Positions 37,465 through 49,204 of a stretch of 64,000 nucleotides of DNA are shown in pieces. The notes beneath the pieces were generated by a model, which was not told the DNA's origin, did no database searches, and was given only the letters and a program-made list of their open reading frames with translations. Numbering within the stretch: position 1 is the stretch's first letter; every line of letters starts with the position of its first letter. A program made the translations under genes and the position numbers. Source of the DNA: Macrostomum lignano (lineage: Eukaryota); the NCBI GenBank assembly GCA_002269645.1, contig NIVC01002501.1:103676-167675 (forward strand), given 5' to 3'.

Positions 37465-37842
37465 ATGTCAGGCAGCAGCGGCTACAAATGCAGCCTGGAG
37501 CTCAACCTGGAGCTCGTGTCCTCGCCGGGCACCCAGCTGCCCAACCGCGACCTGCTCTACGTGGTTGTGGAGGCCTTCAGCCAGGCCAAGCGGACCCGCC
37601 TGCTCGATGCCGTCTTCCCTCTCTGCGTGCACGAGCGCTTCCGCTTCGAGCGCTGCTTCTGGACTGCGCGCGACTCGCGCGAGGTCGCCGACCTGCTGGC
37701 CGACTCCGTGGTGACGGTGGAACTGCGCCAGGTCACGGATGTCTACCTGGGCGGCTGCCTGCTCGCGTACCTCAAAACCGACGCCTGCAACTTCTTCCAG
37801 CCGCCGACTGCCGGTGGCAGCTTCAAGTCCGGCGATAGGACG
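37465..37842 (+). CDS. SPATA6: SPATA6-family protein, exon 1
   Basis: CSLELNLELVSSPG..LYVVV..F.Q.KRT....VFPL...FRFERCF..A.D..EV..LL....V..EL.Q resembles the SPATA6 N-terminal domain. Donor ACG|GTGAGA, phase 0. Confidence 0.8.
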
Positions 37843-37889
37843 GTGAGAGCTGGCGCTGTGCGGGGATTTGAATTTTAATGGGGCTCTGG

Positions 37890-38258
37890 TTGAAATGGGC
37901 TTTCTGTCGGTTGAGATGGGATTTCTCTCCGTTGAGATGGGGTTTCTGTCGGTTGAGATGGGATTTCTCTCCGTTGAGATGGGGTTTCTGTCGGTTGAGA
38001 TGGGATTTCTTTCCGTTGAGATGGGATTTCTTTCCGTTGAGATGAGATTTCTTTCCATTGAGATGGGGTTTCTGTCGGTTGAGATGGGATTTCTCTCCGT
38101 TGAGATGGGGTTTCTGTCGGTTGAGATGGGATTTCTTTCCGTTGAGATGGGATTTCTTTCCGTTGAGATGAGATTTCTTTCCATTGAGATGAGATTTCTT
38201 TCCATTGAGATGGGATTTCTTTCCGTTGAGATGAGATTTCTTTCCGTTGAGATGGGAT
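37890..38258. repeat. 21-bp intronic minisatellite (GTTGAGATGGGATTTCTCTCC)
   Basis: About 17 units filling the SPATA6 intron. Confidence 0.95.
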
Positions 38259-38332
38259 TGTTTCATTGTGTTGAATTTTATAAATTTATTCAGACTTAAA
38301 GCTCAAAACTCCACCTGAACTCGAACCCCCAG

Positions 38333-39118
38333 CTCACCCTGAACCGCACGGTGGACTTCCCTGGCCCCGGGCCGCGCATTGAATTCGACACCCGGGCCAC
38401 CATCGAGGAGCTGCCCGGCCGCAGCAGCGGCGCCGGCGGCAGCGGCCTCAACAGCAGCCTCGGCCTCCTGAACGGCGACGGAAACTCGCGTCGGCCGCGA
38501 ACTCCGGGCCGGCCAGACCGTCAGACCGTGTCCGCCGCGCTGCGCACTTCGAAGACGCCGCCACCGGCCGCCCGCAGCCGCAGCCCGACGCCGGGGCGCT
38601 CCGGCGGCATCGGCCACCGACCGCCGTTTGTTGTGCGCCACGTCGACGACTCGCTGGTCAGTCGGAAGCCGACGCTGCACGACAATTTCCCAGGCAGCGG
38701 CGGCGGCATCGACGGCGACGGCGAAGCTCCCCGACGCAGCGGCAGCCGGCAGCGACTTCGCTCGACGTCGCCTGGCGCGTTGACAAAGCGACGCAGCAGG
38801 TCGGCGGCCGACGGCCTGGACGACAGCGGCTTCGGCAGCACCGGCGGGTCGCGTCGCCGCGATCGCTCGCCGTCGCCGGCGGCGGCCCCGACAAAATCGG
38901 CGCTGGGCCGGCGCTACCCGAGCCTGAGCTCGCTGCCGCCCACCGCCTACCCGCCCTACTATCCCTACTACTACGACCCGTACTACTACCGTTACTATCC
39001 GTACTACTACTACTACCCGTACTACCGGCGCTACCGCTATCCGTACTACATGGACGACCTGGACCTGCTCGAGCTGGACCTCCGCATGGCCCGCCTGCGG
39101 CGCCTCGGCGTCTACTGA
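38333..39118 (+). CDS. SPATA6: SPATA6-family protein, exon 2 (domain end, Ser/Arg-rich linker, Tyr/Pro-rich tail)
   Basis: Acceptor CCCCAG|CTC, then LTLNRTVDFPGPGPRIEFDTRATIEE, matching the family motif R...F.G..P.LEFST...I.E. Stop at 39116-39118. Confidence 0.8.
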   Translation, partial: LTLNRTVDFPGPGPRIEFDTRATIEELPGRSSGAGGSGLNSSLGLLNGDGNSRRPRTPGRPDRQTVSAALRTSKTPPPAARSRSPTPGRSGGIGHRPPFVVRHVDDSLVSRKPTLHDNFPGSGGGIDGDGEAPRRSGSRQRLRSTSPGALTKRRSRSAADGLDDSGFGSTGGSRRRDRSPSPAAAPTKSALGRRYPSLSSLPPTAYPPYYPYYYDPYYYRYYPYYYYYPYYRRYRYPYYMDDLDLLELDLRMARLRRLGVY

Positions 39119-40429
39119 CCGAGCAGGCGTTTGAGCTCGATGGTAGAGCGCAACAGAAAACTGAAATCGCGTTGCTTCCAGACTGCATGGGACAAAGTTG
39201 GAATTGCAAGATTTGCAAATCTACTTGATTGCCCGTAAGATCGGTCGGCTTCGGCCATAGACAAACTTTGCACAGAATGCTTAATGCTTAATAAAGGTTT
39301 CTACTATAAAAAGAATTAAAATTCAAGCAGCCTACTTATGTTATGAACTTTCTAAGTAGTACAGATTAAATTATGAAAGTCTTTATGAAAACCTTCCATT
39401 CTCTTCATTATGGGATGGACTTCATTGCTAATAAAAAGGCAAAAGATGGAGCTCTTGTAGCTGTCCATGTAGCGGAAATAAACAAATGAAAAGTGCATTC
39501 TGTGGGTCCGCCGGGGATTTCAATATCCGTGTCTTGAATAGAGAGGATTATTTAGAGAATTTAGAATCTCGTAGCCTAGTTAGTCCTAGGGCTTTCTGTC
39601 TTCATGCTAAACGCAAGTGATTCTTTTAATATTTATTTCAGCTAATTATTCATATTTACAGAAAATATTCGCTTAGCTCTACTTGGCTGCAAGTAAGTAG
39701 TGCAGATAGATTTACGCAGCTCTGTTTTTCATACATTATATTACAAGTTTTATCAGTTTTTCAATTATAAAATCGAATTATCATTCAATTCATTCCGTCC
39801 ATTCTCGTGTAGCTCGTGTTGAGTACTTTAGTCTCATTGCTTTATGACTCATTTATGACTCATTTATGACTCATTGCTGAATTTTCTATTTCAGATTTCA
39901 CTCTGTAGCTATATAAAAAATGAAAAGCAGTCTCGAGTAATTAGTTCTGTATTCATACTTTTATTTTTGTACTTTATTTTATTCTGGCGAATTAAACTGT
40001 AATAAAGATTCGATTCAACTGTTTATTGCTACTTGCAGTAGCTGCGCTACCGTGAGATGTTCTGTAATTATTTTTAGTAAATTTTTGTTATTATTAACTA
40101 AATTAGTTATTAAAAGCTGCTTTGTTTTACTGCTGCCTCTGCTGGCTCAAGTATTTCCCGTCGTCTATAAAAATTCCATAATGGTAAAAAAAATTTCATA
40201 GCGCCGGATGCGGTTTGATTCACCTCTGAATTCTTCTTCTGATATTAAGACCGCCTGCGGCTCTTTACTCTGTCTAGTGCGTTAGTGAGCGTTAAAAATA
40301 TATCAACAAGTTTATTTTTCTGACCAAATTATTCGGAAAAATGGTCGAGGTGTTTAACGAATTTTGCTCATTTCTTATGTAACCATTTTGTGCGTCTGAT
40401 CTGATGGGGAAAAGACCTTGCAAAAAGTT

Positions 40430-40812
40430 GCGCCATTCTGACTGGGCGCCATTCTGACTTGGCGCCATTCTGACTTGGCGCCATTCTGACTGGGCGCCAT
40501 TCTGACTGGGCGCCATTCTGACTGGGCGCCATTCTGACTGGGCGCCATTCTGACTGGGCACCATTCTGACTGGGCGCCATTCTGACTGGGCGCCATTCTG
40601 ACTGGGCGCCATTCTGACTGGGCGCCATTCGGACTGGGCGCCATTCTGACTGGGCGCCATTCTGACTGGGCCCCATTCTGACTGGGCGCCATTCTGACTG
40701 GGCGCCATTCTGACTCGGCGCCATTCTGACTGGGCGCCATTAATCTGACTGGGCGCCATTCTGACTGGGCGCCATTCTGACTGGGCGCCATTAATCTGAC
40801 TGGGCGCCATTC
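40430..40812. repeat. 16-bp repeat array (GGGCGCCATTCTGACT), dispersed family copy 1
   Basis: About 23 units; the same unit occurs inverted at 45795 and 47027. Confidence 0.93.
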
Positions 40813-43499
40813 TTTCGTTCTAAAGTGGCGCCGTTGATCTATAATGGCGCTCTTGTCCCAGAAGGGCGCCATTGTAGTGTTGTAATGTTTGTGTGCGCCC
40901 AGTTCGGCACTGAAATTCCAAAAGAATCATTGATGCGATAATACCCAGCTAGGCTAATTAGTGACAGGTGTGAAAGAGGCGAGTCAGCGGGTTTTTTGCT
41001 TCATTGACTTTCTAACGCAAAGAAAGGCGTTATTGGCGATGCCTCAGAGCAGCTGCTTGAGTCTTGAGAGCCGGCAGGAGGCGCGCTCGTTCCACTCTGG
41101 TGAAGACACAATGAATCGGCTGACTCAACAGGCACTTCTTGGGCTAAGGGAGACATTTCTATCAGTTGCCAACCTTCTGACTTATTTCTTGGTTGCCTTG
41201 GTTACCGTCGCTTGCAATTGAGGCCTGATGAGGACTCGCCAACACTGCGGATGTCGGAGTCTCTATTGAATTGCCTGCCGGTTTGGGCCAAGCTGTCACA
41301 ATGGAGCGGAGACTGAATTCACTCCTGAGAATAAGCTAGGCTGTATAGCTTGCCGCTGATCCTTGAGCACGCATGAGCCTCTACAGTGTACAGCATCCTG
41401 ACTGCAGCTCATTTTTCATAAATTTCATCATCTTCAGAATCCACTCCAGGAAGCTGCTGCATGGTAGACTCTCCGATTTTAAACTTTGACAGAGATAAGC
41501 ACGAAGATCCAGACTTGGAAATTCCTACAATGAAAACAGAATTAATGCGCTTCTTCTGTTTAATCCGCGCTGAATTCTGTCCGTCTGCAGTCAACTGTTG
41601 ATTCCCACGCGCCTTCGCTGTGTTCAAGCAGCTCGATCCGGGGAAGTTAGCAGCCCAGAGTAAACCGTGTGTCTCCATGGTCGGCTACATCAACTCCTGA
41701 TGGTGAGAAACAACAGTTCACAGCTTGAGGCGCCATGGATCCCGTCCGCGAGTTTTTCTCCTTTCTGATACAGAGTTGAGTGACGAAAATCGGCACTTTG
41801 ATGCACTCGATGTTTCGGATACACAGCTGCTCCAGTTGTCCCAGTTTTGGTCTCGCTTCCAGTCCAGAAGCTTTCAAGGGTCCATGATCCAGCCATGAGT
41901 GCCTCACTTAGTGACTAAACCATTTTCCTGTCCGAGAGAGAGGTCCCCGGAGTCAGTTGGGCTGTTGACGCAACTTTGACTTATCCATCTCTGTCTCGCT
42001 TCCAGTCCAAGAAGATTTCCAGGGGTCCATGGAGCCGTGATATAGATGTAATACAACTTATGAATCTTCCGTCTTCGCCTCTGCTTCCAGTCCAGATGCC
42101 TCTTATGGGTCTAAAGAGCCACTAATACAGGTTGGGACTTCACATATCAGTTTAACTCCAGTCCAGTAGGTATCCAGGGATCCATGTCTTCTATCCCCCT
42201 CTTTTTTCTCTCTCATATTTCGCAGTGTCCCCAATAGCACTAACTGTGTAGCCAGCCATTCGCGCACTCCGCTTGACTGCAGCAGCAGTGTCAATATCAA
42301 TTAGCTCACTCTTGCCTCATTTTGCGCATGCGGTATGCAGTGCAGCCCCGAGCATTTGTTAGCAGCAAAGTTCGCCTCTCAGACAGGTGCAGCTGTGAGT
42401 GAGAGGCGAAGTAAGGTAAGTGTGACGGCGGTGCCCAGATGGCTCACCCACTCACCCCACGGAGTTTGTGTGCCCGGCACAGGTGTCCTCTGAGCCTCTG
42501 AGTGGAAATCGTTTGATTTCGGCTTTCGGCTCCCATGATTAGCTGAGCCTCGAGTCTTGCCGGCCAGCTGCTGTGGCCTCCGCAGTTGCTTTTAGAAGCA
42601 AGCAAAAGCGGTCTGCTGCCTAGGCTCCGAGGTTTGGGGGTTAAGGGGGGGGGCAACGGAGGAGGTGGCAGAAGGCGCAGCTGGGACATGGCCCACCTGC
42701 TACAGCACGGCCGCCGTCTGTCCCTCGCAGAGCTGAGCTGGGCCCGGGCTGCTGGGAAAGCATTTCATATTTTCCCTTCTCCCCAATTCTCCCAGGGACG
42801 GCTTTGGGTGCGGGACTCAGCATCTGCACCTCGCGCTGTCCCGCGAGTGTCCCGACCTCCAGCTCCGAGTTCGAATGTTCCCGGTGTCGGGTTACAGCCC
42901 AGCTGCTTGCTTCATCTGCTCCTCTATTTGCTCGTTAGCGCCATGCATGCAGGCGGAAACACCTGGGCAATGGGCGATGAGCAGCAGGGGTCCTCGACTC
43001 CTCTAGCTGTAGGGGCTGCCGGGGCCCAGTCTTTGTTTTTGCCCAGATCTTTGTTACTAAGGCATGGTGATTATTAATGCAGACAGCTTGACTGGTTGAA
43101 TATCTACCGCCAAATTTATTATCTCGCTTTCGGTTCGACTTTATTTCGACAATAAGAAGCAAAAGTTCTGGCACAAAAAATAGGCTGATATTGCCGTGAG
43201 CTCATCGGATAACCAGCTGGGTAGTAGAGAATATGAGTGCATCTACACACAAATGTTATTAAGCGTGACAAATTAGTGAGTTCCAAAGCTGTACAAAAAG
43301 CAAGCAGTAGTGACTGGTGCAACCCAGAATTGCGCCCGTTCGTTAAGTTTATCAATAATTCAATTGTCCAACAAAACTTCTGATTGGTTTCGATGCCCTC
43401 AGAGTCTGCGCAGGCTTCCTGGCTGCAATTGGGAGAGAGGGGAGTTGAAATTGGCGGTGAATATCGGGGTTCGAGCTTGGGACCTTTCCTACAGCCATA

Positions 43500-43752
43500 A
43501 GCCCTGACCCGACACCCCTGACCCAGCACCCTGACCCAACACCTCTGACCCGACACCCCTGACCCAACACCCCTGACCTAAAAGGGCCCTGACCCAACAC
43601 CCCTGACCCAACAGGGCCCTGTCCCAACACCCCTGACCCAACAGGGCCCTGTCCCAACACCCCTGACCCAACACCCCTGACCCAGCACCCCTGATCCAAC
43701 ACGCCTGACCCAACACCCCTGACCTAACATCCCTGACCCAACACCCTGACCC
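43500..43752. repeat. degenerate minisatellite based on ACCCCTGACCCAAC
   Basis: Repeated CCCTGACCCAACAC motifs with AGGGCC inserts, immediately after the candidate donor of the HLH exon. Confidence 0.88.
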
Positions 43753-43773
43753 ACTTGGCGCCCCAGGACTCAC

Positions 43774-44187
43774 GGCAGATTGTGGCCGTCTCAGTAGTCG
43801 CTGAAGCCGCCTCCGCCGCCGCCGCTGCTGCCGCCGCCTCCAAATCTGCAGTGCGGTGGGCTGTCCAGCCGGCTGCGCGTGGCCGCCCGAATTGCCGACG
43901 GTCTTCAGCGGCCGCCGCAGCTCCGCCAGCAGGCGGAATCTTTGAGTCTCCTCGGAAGTCTCCAGCAGCTCGGCCTGCAGCTGCAGAATGTATTCAATGG
44001 CCGCCTGCAGGATCCGGAGCTGCCCCTTGCGGGATCTGCAGCAGCGGCGGCCCGCCGGGTCCCCGGCTGCCCGAAGCCACGGAACTGACCGGTGCAGCTC
44101 CTGGAAGCTCAGCGACACCTCCTCGGCTTCGTAAAGCGAGTCCGAAGTCTGCGACTGCTGCAGCTCTGACGGCAAAATCAGCAGCAT
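43774..44187 (-). CDS. ID/extra-macrochaetae-like HLH protein lacking a basic region (main exon; C-terminus uncertain)
   Basis: YEAEEVSLSFQELHRSVPWL...RKGQLRILQAAIEYILQLQAELLET aligns to the ID/emc HLH, and downstream RRPLKTV resembles the ID RxPLxTL motif. Candidate donor GCC|GTGAGT at 43774/3. Confidence 0.75.
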
Positions 44188-44530
44188 TGCTCTCTATAAA
44201 ATTCTGAGATTGCTTGAACTGGTTTGTTTAGTGGGCTGTTCGCCGCGCTCTGAGGCCGCAGAGGGAGAGGGTGGTGAATAAATGCAGGCCCTGGGGGGGG
44301 GCTCCGGCGCCTGGCCGCCATTGGCTGTCCAATAGCAGCAGCCCTCTACCGGCTTTGACCGACTGGTTGGTCAAGGAGATCGGAACCAGAGTCTGGTGTG
44401 CCCCCCCCCCACCTTAACCCTCAATTTCAGGCGCGACAAGTGACCCCAAGACAAAGGCCATTGTGCTGTGCCAACCTCGGGCATAGAATTCTGGATATTA
44501 ACCTGGAAGTGAAGGCTTTTTAGGCGTAAA

Positions 44531-44981
44531 TTCCACACCTGACCGTACATTTGTGCAGCGTCATTCCACACCTGACCGTACATTTGTGCAGCGTCATTCC
44601 ACACCTGACCGTACATTTGTGCAGCGTCATTCCACACCTGACCGTACATTTGTGCAGCGTCATTCCACACCTGACCGTACATTTGTGCAGCGTCATTCCA
44701 CACCTGACCGTACATTTGTGCAGCGTCATTCCACACCTGACCGTACATTTGTGCAGCGTCATTCCACACCTGACCGTACATTTGTGCAGCGTCATTCCAC
44801 ACCTGACCGTACATTTGTGCAGCGTCATTCCACACCTGACCGTACATTTGTGCAGCGTCATTCCACACCTGACCGTACATTTGTGCAGCGTCATTCCACA
44901 CCTGACCGTACATTTGTGCAGCGTCATTCCACACCTGACCGTACATTTGTGCAGCGTCATTCCACACCTGACCGTACATTT
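44531..44981. repeat. 33-bp minisatellite (TTCCACACCTGACCGTACATTTGTGCAGCGTCA), about 13.6 copies
   Basis: Identical contiguous units with no spacers. Confidence 0.98.
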
Positions 44982-45794
44982 TCGGAGTGTCCTTAGTGCA
45001 AAGCTAAAGGAATGGCCTGAGAGGCACTATACTTTCAAACCAGGTCAACATTATCCTTAACAGTCCATAGTGACTAAAATTATACAGCATGTTTCAACCT
45101 GTGAAATGTGTGTATGAAAATATCGGTCTTTGTACATCAAACAACCAGTTCTTATAAATTTCTCTGTTGTAAGGATGGTGTCAGGATGGCCAAAATGAGT
45201 GTCAGGATGACCAGAATTAGTGTCAAGAGCACTAAAATAAATGAGTGTCATTCGATACGGGAAAAGTATGCAGTTATTAGGAATTTATGACGCAGTCAAT
45301 ATTTTCTAAATCTTGCTTATTTTAACGAAAAACTTAAAATCATGTGATTTCTTCATTCACTGTGAAACTTTACTGAATCGATAATTACTCACGATTGTAA
45401 AGAAATAAATTCTCTCATTTTAATAAACTAGCTAATCATGGCCTTTTCCAGTCCAGGTGACTCTTAGCTGATGGGAGTCCCTGGCCCCTGGCCGTCGGTT
45501 TCGCTTTCAATTTTTGACTCGACAGACCGCGCCACACGGACCATCTGCGAGGCTCTGCGGGGGCAGGCATTGGATCATTCTGGGGAGTCAACCCCCCCAC
45601 CCTCCCACGACTCACACCTGCTGCGCGCGCGGCCTCCCACGGGATTCGAAGCGTCTGTTGGGTAGTTGAGCTCGCACTGGGGTTTTGAGCAGTCAGTCTC
45701 GTGCGCGTTTATTGGGGAGGCGGGCGGCCATGGATGTTTATAGTTACTAGGCATCTGGAATAAACGTCAGTTTACAAAAGCTTACAGCTTCTCC

Positions 45795-45990
45795 TGCCAG
45801 TCACAATGGCGTCCAGTCACAATGGCGTCCAGTCAGAATGGCGCCCAGTCAGAATGGCGCCCTGTCAGAATGGCGCCCAGTCAGAATGGCGTCCAGTCGT
45901 GATGGCGCCCAGTCAGAATGGCGCCCTGTCAGAATGGCGCCCAGTCAGAATGGCGTCCAGTCGTGATGGCGCCCAGTTAGAATGGCGCAA
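45795..45990. repeat. 16-bp repeat array (AGTCAGAATGGCGCCC), dispersed family copy 2 (inverted relative to copy 1)
   Basis: Same unit as 40430, ending in TGGCGCAATTT. Confidence 0.88.
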
Positions 45991-47026
45991 TTTGTTCTGT
46001 TTAAATGCTGGACTGAAGCCATATCATCAACACCTTGGCCTGGTTGCTCCATACCAGAGTCAGTTCAACGAACAGACAGAGAGCATTATGGAATCGAAAT
46101 AACATTGGAATGCAAGGGTTGCAGAAATTGCGCAATTATTCCGCTAGGAAAGATATTGGGATTTTGCCGCCTGCTTGCTCCGATTCCAGTCCCAGTCCAG
46201 CCCAGCTAATCCAGAGGTCCGCGGCAAATGAAAGCTCGGGGCTTGTGAAACTCGCTGCAGAAGAATCGAGTGGAATTTCGGAAATCCGTGAAGGAGGGGA
46301 TCGGCAGGGGAGCAGTTTGGGATCGGAGGGATTGAGCAGCTGCTCAGCTTATCGCGGCCCCGTCTGTCTCCTTTTTGGATTGGGCAGCCGCGGAGCACCA
46401 GGGACTCAGCATCTGGAATGGAAATCTCCATCTAATCATTTAATTACCTAATTAATTATCCATAGTTAATCTGTCAAACCGAGTGGAAGCGGTCTGCAAC
46501 TTGACTCACAAATAATTCCCTACTCATTTATTCAATTTTTAGAACTCAATAAACACGGCCAGTTTCCATTCCAGATTCTGCATGGATTTCGAGCTCCTTG
46601 GCCGCAGGCTCGATTAGGAACAGTTGGTCCCGCGTGCGACCCCCTGGGGTGCCGGGACGCAACTGCTTGAGTATTTCGCGGCAAATTCAAACTGCTGGCT
46701 AGTGCAGATCACAGTTTATAGTCAATACAGTTGGTCATGTCTGCGCAAATCGGCTCATGCAGTCTTTGTTGTCTGGGAGCGGCGGCACGTGCGGCGCTGC
46801 TGTTGCCGCTTGAACACAGACTGGGATATCGGAGGGTCTTTGTCGCGCTAGGCTAAGCTTTTAGAAAATCGGACGGCTGAGTAATGCAGTTTAGTGCAAC
46901 ATCTGTCGATAATCTTGCAGCTCTGAGACTGCCGACTGCTGCGATATGTTGCGAATGATTCATTTGCAGAAAATGACAGCGGCTTGTCCGCGGTAAGGGG
47001 GCTCAGCGATTTCTGTCAATTTCTTC

Positions 47027-47160
47027 CAGTCAGAATGGCGCCCAGTCAGAATGGCGCCCAGTCGGAATGGCGCCCAGTCAGAATGGCGCCCACTCTGAAT
47101 GGCGCCAAGTCAGAATGGCGCCCAGTCAGAATGACGCTCAGTCAGATTAGCGCAACTTTT
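47027..47160. repeat. 16-bp repeat array (AGTCAGAATGGCGCCC), dispersed family copy 3
   Basis: Same unit, ending in AGCGCAACTTTT. Confidence 0.88.
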
Positions 47161-47224
47161 CTGACTGAGAAGTCAGAGTGTTTAGAGTGACTTTTTGCAA
47201 GTCACTCTAAACAAGGGAAGAGCG

Positions 47225-47655
47225 TCACTCTAGCACAGCTGGGGCGTCACTCTGGCACAGCTGGGGCGCCACTCTGGCACAGCTGGGGCGCCACTCTAGC
47301 ACAGGGGGCGCCACTCTAGCACAGGGGGCGCCACTCTAGCACAGGGGGCGCCACTCTAGCACAGGGGGCGCCACTCTAGCACAGGGGGCGCCACTCTAGC
47401 ACAGGGGGCGCCACTCTAGCACAGCTGGGGCGCCACTCTAGTACAGCTGGGGCGCCACTCTAGTACAGCTGGGGCGCCACTCTAGCACAGCTGGGGCGCC
47501 ACTCTAGCACAGGGGGCGCCACTCTAGCACAGGGGGCGCCACTCTAGCACAGCTGGGGCGCCACTCTAGCACAGCTGGGGCGCCACTCTGGCACAGCTGG
47601 GGCGCCACTCTGGCACAATGGAAGAGCGCCACTCTGGCACAATGGAAGAGCGCCT
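47225..47655. repeat. 19/22-bp minisatellite (GGGGCGCCACTCTAGCACA[GCT])
   Basis: About 20 units in two length classes. Confidence 0.93.
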
Positions 47656-47891
47656 TCACCTTATCAAAAGACTCAACTAAATGTTCAACAAAGACAATTC
47701 AGACTGATATTTAAGTTATCACTGAATTAAAATAAATACTTATTGAGCAGTTTAGTCTATTTAAACGCAATAAAAAAACAACTACTAACTACAGTAGGTA
47801 ATAACACGAGCATGCAGTTATGAAAGCTTCACAGAGGCACACATGTACAGTGAGTGTAAAAATGCGCATCAGTGATACGGTACAGTTCGTG

Positions 47892-48213
47892 CTACACAGT
47901 TGCATTTCTGCTGCCTCCGCCGCTGCCGCCGCCGACATCTGGCGGGCTACACGGCGTTAGCAGCACCCGCAGCGGCCGCACCGTAGACTCCAGGATGTCG
48001 TACGGATGTCGTCGACGAAATGCCGGAGACGACAATGAAGTCGATTGGTTGGCAGAGGCGGAGAGCAGAGCGAGGTGGCGCCAGGCCGGGCCCAGCAGGC
48101 GGTACAGATCGGCTGAGTTCGAGCCCTCCGCCTCTGCGGAGTCCGCGTCCAACTCCTCCTCGGAGACCTCCGCTGCGATGACGTCACCAGCGGGCTCGGC
48201 CGCGTCGTCCGAG
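47892..48213 (-). CDS. BTB-BACK protein, probable exon 3
   Basis: Phase-2 acceptor CAATTTCTAG|C restores the frame SSDDAAEPAGD...LYRLLGPAWRHLAL...RRRHPYDILESTVRPLRVLL to the stop at 47892. Confidence 0.55.
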
Positions 48214-48479
48214 CTAGAAAATTGGAACGCACGAAGGAGTTTCAGACCGTGTGCCGACTGAGCTTGCGGCTATCGCAGTTGCTGTGCCTGACTCCCCCCT
48301 GACTGCCCTCTCTGAACCCAATCCGTCTCCACTCTCTCCTCTGTTACACTCACCTTTGTTCACCTTTACTCCCTACCCTCGTCTCACCCTCTCCTTACCT
48401 TTTTCATACCCTTTCCTTAATTTCTTCATACTCTCTTTATACCCTCTCCACACTCTTTATACCCTACCCATACCCCCTA

Positions 48480-48672
48480 ATACCCTCTTCATACCCTCGC
48501 CACACTTTTCATACCCTTCCCACTCTCTTCATACCCTCCCCACACTCTCTTCATACCCTCCCCGCACTCTCTTCATACCCTCCCCGCACTCTCTTCATAC
48601 CCTCCCCGCACTCTCTTCATACCCTCCCCGCACTCTCTTCATACCCTCCCCGCACTCTCTTCATACCCTCCC
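48480..48672. repeat. 22-bp pyrimidine-rich intronic minisatellite (CCCTCCCCGCACTCTCTTCATA)
   Basis: About 6 clean units plus degenerate ones. Confidence 0.88.
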
Positions 48673-48685
48673 CTACCAAAGCTAC

Positions 48686-49185
48686 CTTTTAGTCCCCGGC
48701 AGCGGCGTCCGCGGCAGCGGGCCGGTCAGCGGCAGGAGTTCGCGCCGCAGCCGCCGCTCGCAGAGGAGCAGCTGGCCGGCGGGCATCAGGGGGAAGCGGA
48801 CGCAGCCCAACAGCCGCAGGAGGCTCGGCCGGTCCAGCCGCGGCCGCCGGCGGAGCAGCCAAGCGGCCAGGCCGTCGAAGATGTTCACCTCCGGGGCGTC
48901 CAGATTGTCGTCGGCCAGCAGGCGCTCCAGCAGGTCGGGCAGCTCGGCGGGCACCGGCAGGAAGGCGGCGGCGGTGCGGCCTCGGCGAAGGTCGTCGCCG
49001 ATGTCAACCAGGAGGTTGAAGCGGGCGAGCCGGCTGATCCTGGGCTCGGGGAGGCAGGCCAGGTGGCACAGCTGAGCTGGCGAGAACTCGCCGCGGGTGG
49101 CCAGCGGCGACTCCGGGCCGGCCGTCTGGCCGATGCGCAGCAGCTCCGAGATACGGCTGCCGCACAGCTGCAGCAGACTGGACAC
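48686..49185 (-). CDS. BTB-BACK protein, exon 2 (end of BTB, BACK domain)
   Basis: Acceptor CGCAG|GTG gives DKYA|VSSLLQLC; the BACK motif LERLLADDNLDAPEVNIFDGLAAW...LLGCVRFPLM follows. Donor AG|GTAG. Confidence 0.88.
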
Positions 49186-49204
49186 CTGCGGGCGAGTTGG
49201 GAAC

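Noticed and set aside
41225-41265. CTGATGA motifs at 41225 and 29132 as further hammerheads
   Set aside because: There is no correctly spaced GAAA, stem III or NUH triplet downstream.
45602-45641. two CTCCCACG sites as Su(H)/CSL sites upstream of the emc-like gene
   Set aside because: Both deviate from the TTCCCACG consensus and are in the same orientation, so they are too weak to call.
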